DNA of 64,000 nt from an uncultured Actinomyces sp. (GTDB taxonomy: Bacteria > Actinomycetota > Actinomycetes > Actinomycetales > Actinomycetaceae), in the NCBI GenBank assembly GCA_964344535.1, contig CAYFNQ010000001.1, forward strand, positions 10,184 through 74,183, written 5' to 3'. Positions 1 to 8,080 of the stretch are shown here, in pieces (within the stretch, counting starts at the first letter, position 1; every line of letters starts with the position of its first letter). Under the pieces are notes generated by a model. It searched no databases, was not told the DNA's origin, and saw only the letters and a program-made list of their open reading frames with translations. The position numbers and the translations under genes are program-made.

Positions 1-32
1 CACAGCCCTCGCAACTAAGAACCATTCAAAAG

Positions 33-1409
33 GTGGGGCTCATCGTCGGAGGCTTAGCCTTCCTGGTCCCCTTCTTCTTAGACATTCCGGGGCTTGAAAC
101 CCCTGGGAAGAGGATGCTGTCCATTTTCCTAGTGGCGATTGTTTTCTGGGTGACTGAGGCCGTGCCGCTCACCGCCACTGCTGTCCTAGTGATTCTTTTG
201 GAAGCGCTGCTTATCGCTGACGGAGCCCTATTTGATCCAACGGGTGGCGACCCTGCTCTGGTGGAAGCTCAGCTTCCCGCCTCCGCCTACTTCGCGGCCC
301 TAGCGAACCCGGTGATCATCTTGTTCCTTGGCGGCTTCATGATTGCCGACGGCGCCGAAAAGTACGGGCTGGATAAGAACATCACCGCAGTCCTGCTGCG
401 ACCGTTCAAGGGGTCGGCCCGAACAACTGTTTTGGGACTGATGCTAATCACCGGGCTACTGTCCGCCTTCATGTCGAACACAGCGACGACAGCAACAATG
501 TTTGCGGTCGTAATGCCGATCCTTGCTTCAATTAAGAGCGCTAAGGCTCGGGCGGGCGTCGCCCTAGGCATCCCACTAGCCGCGAACGTTGGCGGCATGG
601 CAACTCCTGTCGGTACGCCGCCCAACGCAATTGCTATCGGCGCGTTGGAACAAGCTGGCATCCACATTTCTTTCGCCCAGTGGACGATGCTGGCTGCGCC
701 AATCGCCATTGTTGCCCTGGTCGCTTCCTGGATGTTGCTAAGCGCACTGTTCATTCCAAAGGGTGAGCGGATCAACGTGGACGTGGAACCGAACTGGAAC
801 ATGACGCGCAACGCGAAGATCTTCTACACGGTGGCCGCTATCACGATCCTTTTGTGGATGACCGAACCACTGCACGGCATCTCCTCTAATACCATCGGGT
901 TCGTCCCTGTAGCTGCACTGCTTTGCTTGCGGGTGATGGATGGCTCCGACATCAAGAAGCTTGACTGGCCGGTCCTATGGCTAGTCTCCGGAGGCATCGC
1001 TTTGGGCACGGGCGTCGGCGCCACAGGGATGGACGCCTGGATCCTGAACTCGGTGAACTGGCAGGCCCTAGGCACCATCGGAGTCTTGGCCACCTTGTCG
1101 TTCATTGGCCTAGGCTTCGCAAACGTCATGTCGCACTCCGCCGCAGCGAACCTGCTGGTGCCACTTGCCATCACGTTGGCTCAGTCTCTTGGTGGAGACA
1201 ACGTAGTCCTGATTGCAGTGATCGTCGCTATGGCTACATCGTTTGGTATGTCGCTGCCTATTTCTACTCCGCCCAACGCAATTGCTTACTCAACAGGAAT
1301 GGTCTCTGTGAAGGACATGGCCATCATTGGAGTCATTGTGGGCTTGGTGGGAACAGCGATCTTGGTGTTCGCAATGCCACCGCTTTGGCAGTGGCTGGGT
1401 CTGCTGTAA
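33..1409 (+). CDS. DASS/SLC13-family anion (di/tricarboxylate- or sulfate-type) transporter, polytopic membrane protein
   Basis: 458-aa ORF with a GTG start. It is hydrophobic throughout. It carries duplicated hairpin-loop motifs (FMSNTATTAT, GTPPNAIAIG and ISTPPNAIAYS) typical of the DASS/ArsB-NhaD permease fold. Confidence 0.7.
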   Translation: MGLIVGGLAFLVPFFLDIPGLETPGKRMLSIFLVAIVFWVTEAVPLTATAVLVILLEALLIADGALFDPTGGDPALVEAQLPASAYFAALANPVIILFLGGFMIADGAEKYGLDKNITAVLLRPFKGSARTTVLGLMLITGLLSAFMSNTATTATMFAVVMPILASIKSAKARAGVALGIPLAANVGGMATPVGTPPNAIAIGALEQAGIHISFAQWTMLAAPIAIVALVASWMLLSALFIPKGERINVDVEPNWNMTRNAKIFYTVAAITILLWMTEPLHGISSNTIGFVPVAALLCLRVMDGSDIKKLDWPVLWLVSGGIALGTGVGATGMDAWILNSVNWQALGTIGVLATLSFIGLGFANVMSHSAAANLLVPLAITLAQSLGGDNVVLIAVIVAMATSFGMSLPISTPPNAIAYSTGMVSVKDMAIIGVIVGLVGTAILVFAMPPLWQWLGLL

Positions 1410-1414
1410 GAGCT

Positions 1415-3406
1415 GTGGGCGCTTTGAAAAAGATCTGCGCAATTGTCTTAGGTGACGGGGCTTCAACACGGCCAGCCTCAAAGTTGCTGGCCCAACGCCT
1501 TGGGCATGACTGCCCGGTGCTGGGTTTCACCGACACCGCCTCGGCACTAGCTCACCTAGATTCAATTGCCCCGGGCCCAGACGGTCCCCCGCCAGTTGTC
1601 ATAGTTCTGGCTGGTGTGGGTCCGGGCTCCCCGACCGCCGATGAAATGGTTCGCCCGCTGGCCGACCTTCCGCAGTGTGAGCACACGCGCTTCATGGTGC
1701 TTACGGAGAGTTTGGAGCTATCGGGCGTTGAGTGGCTGACAGACAACGGCCACCTGGACTGGGTTGGGTACGCCCCGGACCTAGAACCTGAGGTTTTCCT
1801 CCAGGACGTCGATGCTCAGATTCATCGGTTCAAAGAACACCAAAAACCCACCTCCTACTTTTCCGTCTCTTCCCTGTTCGACAACCCTCACTCTGACGGG
1901 TTCATTGTTGAGCGGGTCCTCGAGCAAATTGAACAGTCCCTGGGCCCACAGCCACGCATTCGTCTGCCACGCGGCACGCGCCTTACAACCAAGGGCCGCT
2001 GGGTTGAAGAGGTCACCATAGTCATCAAGGGCCGCGTCGCCCTGCTACACGAGACACCTCTTGGTGACGAAATCGTGATGCATGAGGAATCAACGGGTCG
2101 CATCATTGGTCTGCTAGCAGTGAGTGAGGGCCGCAGAGCCCTCCTAGATGCGGTGACTTCAACCGACGTTATCGGAGTTCGGCTGACCGTTGAGCAACTG
2201 AATGCGGCCATCACAGGGCACCCGGACATCACCTTGCTAGTCGCGACCCTCTTTATTCGCTCGCTTGACCGTCGCTTACGCAGAGCGGAAGCCTTGCACA
2301 TTGAAAACGCAGAGCTGTCAGAGCAGCTTGAAAAGGAGCGCGAGCAACTAGCTACAGCACTGTTCAACCTTGAAGAAGCCCGCACGGAGTTGACCGCGCA
2401 AGAGCGACTGGCGTCCCTGGGTGCCTTATCAGCCGGCGTTGCCCACGAACTGAACAACCCGATGGCAGCCATCAAACGTATTAGCGAATACCTAGGTGAC
2501 GACGTCACAACACTGCTGGAAGGGGCACCTGGCAAACGCTGGTCGACAGAGGCTCTGCAGGCTTTGAATGACGGGATGAACGCGCCAGCGCTATCGACAA
2601 AGGCGGAGCGCCAGCTTCGCCGCGAGTTCGCAGAAGTGGTTGGAGACCCTCAGGCCGCCTCAAACCTGGTCATAGCGGGGCTGCGCGATCCAGCCCTTGT
2701 AAAACGTCTCAACCGACGCCACGGGATCACTCTGGCAGACGCTGAAAAGGCGGCATCTATTGGCACGCAACTACGAAACCTGCGTTCGGCCTCCACGCGA
2801 ATAACGGAACTAGTGTCCTCACTGCGTTCTTATGCGCGGCCGGACACAATGACCAGCGCAGACATGAACCTTCACCAGAACTTGGATGACGCCCTACGAC
2901 TGCTCACCCACAAATTGGACGGGGTGGAAGTAGTGCGGGAATACCAAGATCTCCCCGAGATTGAGGGGCATGAGGGGCAGCTGGCACAGGTGTGGACGAA
3001 CGTGGTGTCAAACGCTGCAGAAGCAATCGTGGAAGCCGCCCAAGACAGTCCACCACCACCTGAGCCGGAGCGCGTACAGACGACCACGGGATCCATCCCG
3101 GTTGTCCAGCAAGCGTCTGAGCCACTTGGCAACATCATCATCCGCACATCCTCACCTAAACCCGGTTGGGTGAGAGTTGAAATAGTAGATGACGGTCCGG
3201 GAATCCCGTCGCACATTTTGCCGCACGTTTTCGAACCCCGCTTCACCACGAAGTCCGGGCAGGTGAGGTTCGGAATGGGAATCGGGTTAGGCGTGGCGCG
3301 CTCCATTGTTGGAAAACACCACGGGACAATGCGGATCTGCACCAGCGACGAAGGAACGACAGTCGTGGTTGACTTACCTATAGAGACACCCAAGGAGGGG
3401 CCGTGA
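1415..3406 (+). CDS. Soluble sensor histidine kinase: receiver-like N-domain, cyclic-nucleotide-binding-like domain, coiled coil, HisKA, HATPase
   Basis: The listed ORF 977..3406 overlaps the transporter out of frame. The first in-frame start after the transporter stop (TAA 1407-1409) is GTG 1415. H-box is SAGVAHELNNPMAAI, N-box is WTNVVSNAAEAI, G1 is VDDGPGIP, G2 is GMGIGLGVARSIV. A beta-barrel-like segment (TTKGRWVEEVTIVIKGRVALL...STGRIIGLLAV) resembles CAP/cNMP-binding domains. No transmembrane segment is present. Confidence 0.75.
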   Translation: MGALKKICAIVLGDGASTRPASKLLAQRLGHDCPVLGFTDTASALAHLDSIAPGPDGPPPVVIVLAGVGPGSPTADEMVRPLADLPQCEHTRFMVLTESLELSGVEWLTDNGHLDWVGYAPDLEPEVFLQDVDAQIHRFKEHQKPTSYFSVSSLFDNPHSDGFIVERVLEQIEQSLGPQPRIRLPRGTRLTTKGRWVEEVTIVIKGRVALLHETPLGDEIVMHEESTGRIIGLLAVSEGRRALLDAVTSTDVIGVRLTVEQLNAAITGHPDITLLVATLFIRSLDRRLRRAEALHIENAELSEQLEKEREQLATALFNLEEARTELTAQERLASLGALSAGVAHELNNPMAAIKRISEYLGDDVTTLLEGAPGKRWSTEALQALNDGMNAPALSTKAERQLRREFAEVVGDPQAASNLVIAGLRDPALVKRLNRRHGITLADAEKAASIGTQLRNLRSASTRITELVSSLRSYARPDTMTSADMNLHQNLDDALRLLTHKLDGVEVVREYQDLPEIEGHEGQLAQVWTNVVSNAAEAIVEAAQDSPPPPEPERVQTTTGSIPVVQQASEPLGNIIIRTSSPKPGWVRVEIVDDGPGIPSHILPHVFEPRFTTKSGQVRFGMGIGLGVARSIVGKHHGTMRICTSDEGTTVVVDLPIETPKEGP

Positions 3407-3891
3407 CACTTGCAATCCTTGTTTTAGAAGACGAACCTGAGGTGCGCGCAGCTATTGAGCGTGACCTAGCAGGCTTTGGCAGCCACGTGCGCATTGAGCC
3501 TGCCGAAAACGTTTCCGACGCGTGGGAAGCGATTGCCGAAATTGCCCAAGACGGAGACGAACTGGCGCTTGCGCTTTGCGATCACCGCCTACCGGGCACA
3601 ACCGGCGTGGACTTCATGGTCCAGATGGCTTCCGAAGAAGCTACGGCGGCGACGCGAAAAGTCCTACTGACTGGGCAGGCGGACCTAGACGACACGGTTC
3701 GTGCGGTCAACAGCGCTCACCTGGACCACTTCATTTCAAAGCCGTGGAATGCAGAAGAACTGCAGGAAGTGGTGCGGGATCAGCTCACCGACTATGTGAT
3801 TGCCACGGGACAAAACCCTCTGCCCTTGCTTCCAGTATTGGATCAGTCCCGCGCAATGATTGCCGTACGGGACTACGGCAGAGCCGACTAA
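3403..3891 (+). CDS. Stand-alone response-regulator receiver (REC) protein with a short C-terminal tail and no DNA-binding domain
   Basis: GTGA overlap with the kinase stop, and an AAGGAGG Shine-Dalgarno (SD) sequence at 3392-3398. REC signature residues are present: LEDEPE acidic pocket, LALCDHRLPG phospho-Asp, LLTGQAD Thr, FISKPW Lys. Confidence 0.85.
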   Translation: MTLAILVLEDEPEVRAAIERDLAGFGSHVRIEPAENVSDAWEAIAEIAQDGDELALALCDHRLPGTTGVDFMVQMASEEATAATRKVLLTGQADLDDTVRAVNSAHLDHFISKPWNAEELQEVVRDQLTDYVIATGQNPLPLLPVLDQSRAMIAVRDYGRAD

Positions 3892-3894
3892 GCT

Positions 3895-4575
3895 GTGACT
3901 CTGTACCTGATCGGCGGCGGATCACCCGAGCTCCAAAGCCCCATCACCCAAATGGCGTTCAAAGATGCGACGCGGGCCCTCTATTGGCCGTTCGCTTCGT
4001 CGGAAACGGACATTTTGGGGGCCGAGGACTGGTTTGTGAGCAGTCTGCGCCAGCAGGGCATAACTGTTCCAGTTGAGGCATGGTTGACGACTGACGGTCA
4101 TGAGCCGGGGGAACTAGAACAATTCGACCTGCTCTACCTAGGCGGGGGATCCCCAACGCGACTGGGGACCCAGTTGGCAACTGACGCCTGGATTGAGGCT
4201 GTGCGCCACTGGGTGCGCGAAGGGGGCACCTATGTCGGGGACTCTGCTGGCGCCCTTGAGGTGTGTGAGTGGCTCACGATCGCGGCATCCCTTGAGGACG
4301 AACCGAAGTCCGTTGGCATGCCTGGTCTGGGGCTGATCGAAGGATTCTCGCTGCTCCCCCATAGCGACACATTCCCTGCAGGAAGTGCGCAGCAGTTCTC
4401 GTCGACCCATGACATTCCCGTGATTGAGGTACCGGAAAACACAGCGGCGGTCATCCCGGGAGATTGCTCCCACCCCAGCATTGAGACTGGGACCATCCGC
4501 AGCTTAGGAGTGGGCGTTGCAAGCATCGTTGCTCCAGATGGAACAAAAACGGCGGTGCCGCCCCTAGCTGTCTAG
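3895..4575 (+). CDS. Peptidase S51 family protein (dipeptidase E / cyanophycinase-like, class-I glutamine-amidotransferase-like fold)
   Basis: GTG start 3 nt after the receiver stop. LYLGGGSP, then YVGDSAGA (GxSAG nucleophile elbow), then LLPHSD (His) match the PepE-type Ser-His arrangement. Confidence 0.6.
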   Translation: MTLYLIGGGSPELQSPITQMAFKDATRALYWPFASSETDILGAEDWFVSSLRQQGITVPVEAWLTTDGHEPGELEQFDLLYLGGGSPTRLGTQLATDAWIEAVRHWVREGGTYVGDSAGALEVCEWLTIAASLEDEPKSVGMPGLGLIEGFSLLPHSDTFPAGSAQQFSSTHDIPVIEVPENTAAVIPGDCSHPSIETGTIRSLGVGVASIVAPDGTKTAVPPLAV

Positions 4576-4588
4576 GAGGCCCTTTGAG

Positions 4589-4957
4589 CTAGTCGCAGAC
4601 GGAACCCAAATCCAAGCGGGGGCTGTCAGCCCAAAGCTTATCCAACGCGTAGAACGTACGGGCTTGCGGCAACTGGACGTGAACCACCACGTCTTGCCCG
4701 TCCACCAAAACCCACTCTGACTCCGCGGCCGACCCTTCAACACGCGTCGCTACCCCGGCTTTGGAAAGTGACCGGTCAACCGAATCGACTACCGAACGCA
4801 AGTGTCTGGGATTATCTGCAGTCACCAGCAAGAATACGTCGGCGAAGGGTAGCTGGCCTGTTACGTCAAAGGCCACTAAGTCCTCTCCCAGCGCTTCTGT
4901 CGCCCCTTTGCAGGCAGCTTGCAGAACGTCTTGGGACTGTTTGGTAAGGCTCATCAA
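4589..4957 (-). CDS. rsfS: Ribosome silencing factor RsfS (iojap family)
   Basis: 122 aa. The pattern LVAFDVTGQLPFADVFLLVTADNPRHLRSV...EWVLVDGQDVVVHV is typical of RsfS. It sits in the conserved position downstream of nadD. Confidence 0.9.
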   Translation of the reverse strand: MMSLTKQSQDVLQAACKGATEALGEDLVAFDVTGQLPFADVFLLVTADNPRHLRSVVDSVDRSLSKAGVATRVEGSAAESEWVLVDGQDVVVHVQLPQARTFYALDKLWADSPRLDLGSVCD

Positions 4958-4989
4958 ATTCCTTCAGTGACTAAGGGTTGGGGCTCGGT

Positions 4990-5643
4990 TCAGCGATATA
5001 GGCCGTATTTGCGAATGTACTGAACGACGCCATCTGGCACCAAATACCAGATGGGTTCGTCGTTTTTCACGCGCTTGCGGATGTCTGTAGAAGAGATAGC
5101 CATTGCGGGAACCTCTACTAAAGAAACGGATCCTTCCGGGAAGGCTCCCTTGTTCTTGAGTTGGTGGCCCGGCCTGGAAACCCCAATGAAGTGGGCTTGC
5201 TCCAACAGCTCATCAGCGTTCTTCCACGAAAGAATGTCCGCCAGTGCGTCAGCACCCGTAATGAAGAACCAGTTCGCATTTGGTGTCTGCTCAGCCAGGT
5301 CCGCCAGCGTCTCAAACGTGTACGTGATCCCTCCCCTGTCAATGTCAACACGGGAGACGGTGAAGCGGTTGTTCGCCGCCGTTGCAATCACGGTCATGAG
5401 GTAGCGATCCTCCGAAGGTGCACTTTGCCTACCCTCTTTGAACGGCTGCTGGGATGTGGGAACAAAAACTACATGGTCCAGGTCAAACTTGTGCATCACC
5501 TCTGACGCTGCCACTAAGTGTCCGTGGTGGATCGGGTCAAACGTTCCACCCATGACCCCGACGCGAAGCTTTCGGGCGGGGTCCTGGCTATCGCCGTTGG
5601 CAGCCAGGGCTGACGGCCCCTGGCCGTGAGTCAGCTGCGCCAC
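4990..5643 (-). CDS. nadD: Nicotinate-nucleotide adenylyltransferase
   Basis: [15 protein letters not shown] (H/TxGH nucleotidyltransferase motif) and ISSTDIR near the C-terminus. The GTG start abuts the obg stop. Confidence 0.9.
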   Translation of the reverse strand: MAQLTHGQGPSALAANGDSQDPARKLRVGVMGGTFDPIHHGHLVAASEVMHKFDLDHVVFVPTSQQPFKEGRQSAPSEDRYLMTVIATAANNRFTVSRVDIDRGGITYTFETLADLAEQTPNANWFFITGADALADILSWKNADELLEQAHFIGVSRPGHQLKNKGAFPEGSVSLVEVPAMAISSTDIRKRVKNDEPIWYLVPDGVVQYIRKYGLYR

Positions 5644-7173
5644 CTACTGGTCAGCCTGACTTGGATCCGTCCACAGTCCTGCGGAGCCCTCTTCAAAGAG
5701 TTCTTGTCGTGCAGCTTCCTTCGCATCCATCTGATCCAAGAACTCTGCACGGCGTTCCTTGCGAGTCGGGCGCGACGACTGCTCCAAACGCAAGTCTTGT
5801 CCGCGCCTACCCAAGTGTTCCGCACCCGTGCCAAGGCTGGGATCCCAGTCGAAGACAACACCGTCGTCTACGCTACCAATCACGACGGCGTCCCCGGGAA
5901 CCGCACCGGCCCGGGCCAACTGCTCCTCAATACCCGCACGACTCAAACGATCAGCAAGATAACCGACCGCTTCATCGTTTCCAAAGTTAGTTTGGCGCAC
6001 CCACCGCTCCGGGTTCTCCCCGCGAATTTGGAACAGAGGCTCCCCACCGTGCATCAACTTCCTCACGGTGACAGGGTCTTTCGCACGCCCAACAGGTTTG
6101 GGTGTCAAGAGCGGCCGTGCAGCTTCAAGCTCCGGCAGCGAATCCCGGTGTTCGCGAACAATCCGGGCCAGCGCAAACGATAGCTCTTTCAGCCCCGCGC
6201 CACTTACAGCGGAAACTTCAAACACCTCATAGCCGCGGCCTTCAAGCTCACCGCGGACCATGTCCGCCATCGCCTGACCGTCGGGGATGTCCACTTTGTT
6301 CAAAACTATGATGCGGCGACGCTCACCTAGTGGCACGTAGCCTTCAAGCTCACCCAGATCAGCCTGGTATTGGGCCAGCTCTTTTTCTATCGCGTCCAGG
6401 TCGGCAAGCGGCTCCCTCTCAACCTCAAACGTGGCAGTGTCAATGACGTGGGCTAGGACGGCACAGCGCTCTATGTGGCGAAGGAAGTCAAGCCCCAAAC
6501 CCTTGCCTTCTGCCGCACCGGGGATCAGTCCTGGGACGTCAGCTACCGTGTAGCGGTCCTCGCCCGCCTCCACGACACCCAGGTTCGGAGTGAGAGTCGT
6601 GAACGGGTAGTCCGCAATCTTCGGTTTCGCTTTAGACATGGCACCGATGATCGACGATTTACCGGCCGAGGGAAAGCCCACCAGCGCCACATCAGCAATT
6701 GATTTCAGTTCAAGAGTCAGCTCTGTTTCGTCCCCGGGCTCCCCCAGCAACGCGAAACCCGGCGCCTTTCGTTCCCGGTTCGCCAGCGCGGCATTCCCTA
6801 AGCCGCCCTTACCACCCCTAGCGACCAGCAGCTGGTCACCCGGGTGGCTCAAGTCAGCCAGCAGGTCGCCCCGCTTGTCTTTCACGACTGTTCCCAAGGG
6901 AACGGGCAAAACCAGGTCCTCGCCATTCTTGCCGTGGCGAAGGTCGCCCATGGCGATGCCCCCGTTTTCTGCCGCGTAATGGGGACGGTAATGGTAGTCA
7001 AGAAGGGAAGTCTCTTGGTCGTCAGCCGCAATGGTGACCGAACCACCGTGCCCGCCATTGCCACCGTCGGGGCCGCCCAGAGGCTTGAATTTCTCCCGCC
7101 GAACAGAGGCAACTCCGTTGCCACCATCCCCGGCCTTCACGAAGATCTTTGCGCTATCCACAAACGTTGCCAC
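5644..7173 (-). CDS. obg: GTPase Obg/CgtA
   Basis: Glycine-rich Obg fold ([29 protein letters not shown]). G1 is [10 protein letters not shown]3 is DVPGLI, G4 is NKVD. It has the C-terminal extension usual in actinobacteria. Confidence 0.95.
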   Translation of the reverse strand: MATFVDSAKIFVKAGDGGNGVASVRREKFKPLGGPDGGNGGHGGSVTIAADDQETSLLDYHYRPHYAAENGGIAMGDLRHGKNGEDLVLPVPLGTVVKDKRGDLLADLSHPGDQLLVARGGKGGLGNAALANRERKAPGFALLGEPGDETELTLELKSIADVALVGFPSAGKSSIIGAMSKAKPKIADYPFTTLTPNLGVVEAGEDRYTVADVPGLIPGAAEGKGLGLDFLRHIERCAVLAHVIDTATFEVEREPLADLDAIEKELAQYQADLGELEGYVPLGERRRIIVLNKVDIPDGQAMADMVRGELEGRGYEVFEVSAVSGAGLKELSFALARIVREHRDSLPELEAARPLLTPKPVGRAKDPVTVRKLMHGGEPLFQIRGENPERWVRQTNFGNDEAVGYLADRLSRAGIEEQLARAGAVPGDAVVIGSVDDGVVFDWDPSLGTGAEHLGRRGQDLRLEQSSRPTRKERRAEFLDQMDAKEAARQELFEEGSAGLWTDPSQADQ

Positions 7174-7235
7174 GCGTCCCCCATCTCAAAATAGGCCCGG
7201 ACATCTAAACAGGCTCAAACCCATTGTAGTTAGCA

Positions 7236-7269
7236 AATCAGGGGCACCCGCTAACGAGTGCCCCTGATT
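7236..7269 (-). terminator. Stem-loop between rpmA and obg (12-bp perfect stem, weak U tail)
   Basis: AATCAGGGGCAC (7236-7247) pairs perfectly with GTGCCCCTGATT (7258-7269). On the minus strand the stem is followed by only a TTTGCTAA tail. Confidence 0.5.
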
Positions 7270-7302
7270 AGAGTCTTGGCCAAATACTTGGCTAGCAATC
7301 CG

Positions 7303-7554
7303 CTATTCGGCGACGACCGATACTGCCCTGCGGCCGCGCTTGTTCCCAAACTTCACGGAACCGTCCGTGAGGGCGAACAGCGTGTCGTCTTTTCCACGAC
7401 CGACATTGTCGCCCGGGTGGTACTTGGTGCCGCGCTGGCGAACCAGAATCTCACCGGCGTTCACACGCTGACCGCCGAAACGCTTCACACCCAGCCTCTG
7501 CGCGTTTGAGTCGCGCCCGTTACGTGTTGAACCTAGGCCCTTTTTACTTGCCAT
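7303..7554 (-). CDS. rpmA: 50S ribosomal protein L27
   Basis: [29 protein letters not shown] is the canonical L27 N-terminus. Confidence 0.97.
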   Translation of the reverse strand: MASKKGLGSTRNGRDSNAQRLGVKRFGGQRVNAGEILVRQRGTKYHPGDNVGRGKDDTLFALTDGSVKFGNKRGRRAVSVVAE

Positions 7555-7586
7555 CTTCTATCCCCTTGCGTCCGTCGAAGTGTCCG

Positions 7587-7898
7587 CTAGACGATCTTCT
7601 TGATTTGCAGCACTGACTGGTGCTGACGGTGTCCAATACGCTTGCGGTACCCGGTCTTGTTCTTGTACTTCACCATGCTGATCTTGGGACCCTTAGCCTG
7701 ATCATCTATCACTTCAGCCAAGACCTTGGCACCCTCTAGTTCAGCGGGGTCTGCCGTTACAGTCGTTCCGTCGAAGACCAGTACCGGCTCTAGCTCGACA
7801 GTTTCGCCCGTCTGGTTCGGCAGCCGGTCAACAATGATTTTGTCACCGACAGCGACCTTCTCTTGATGGCCGCCAGCCTTCACAATCGCGTAGACCAC
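7587..7898 (-). CDS. rplU: 50S ribosomal protein L21
   Basis: The VYAIVKAGGHQEKV N-terminus is canonical for L21. I moved the start from the listed 7952 to GTG 7898, which yields (M)VYAIV. Confidence 0.9.
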   Translation of the reverse strand: MVYAIVKAGGHQEKVAVGDKIIVDRLPNQTGETVELEPVLVFDGTTVTADPAELEGAKVLAEVIDDQAKGPKISMVKYKNKTGYRKRIGHRQHQSVLQIKKIV

Positions 7899-8080
7899 GT
7901 TTACTCGCTTACTCTTTGGAACCTGGAAATCCTTGGCCGCAAGGCGGCACAAAGGACGTGGCGCAACTGGCGCCGACTAGCAAATCTAGTTGAAAGCACC
8001 CCGCCTGTTCAAGCAGGCCACCCTTGTTTCCTCGGATGAAGCCTGTGCGATTAGGCACTTAGTGCACCACGTCATAACTC

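Noticed and set aside
977-1414. N-terminal 146 codons of the listed 809-aa ORF, which overlap the DASS transporter in another frame.
   Set aside because: The translation (MASLRRHRFGHGRRRHRDGR...) is Arg/His-rich and looks like out-of-frame high-GC sequence. A GTG lies immediately after the transporter stop, and the receiver-like domain begins there.
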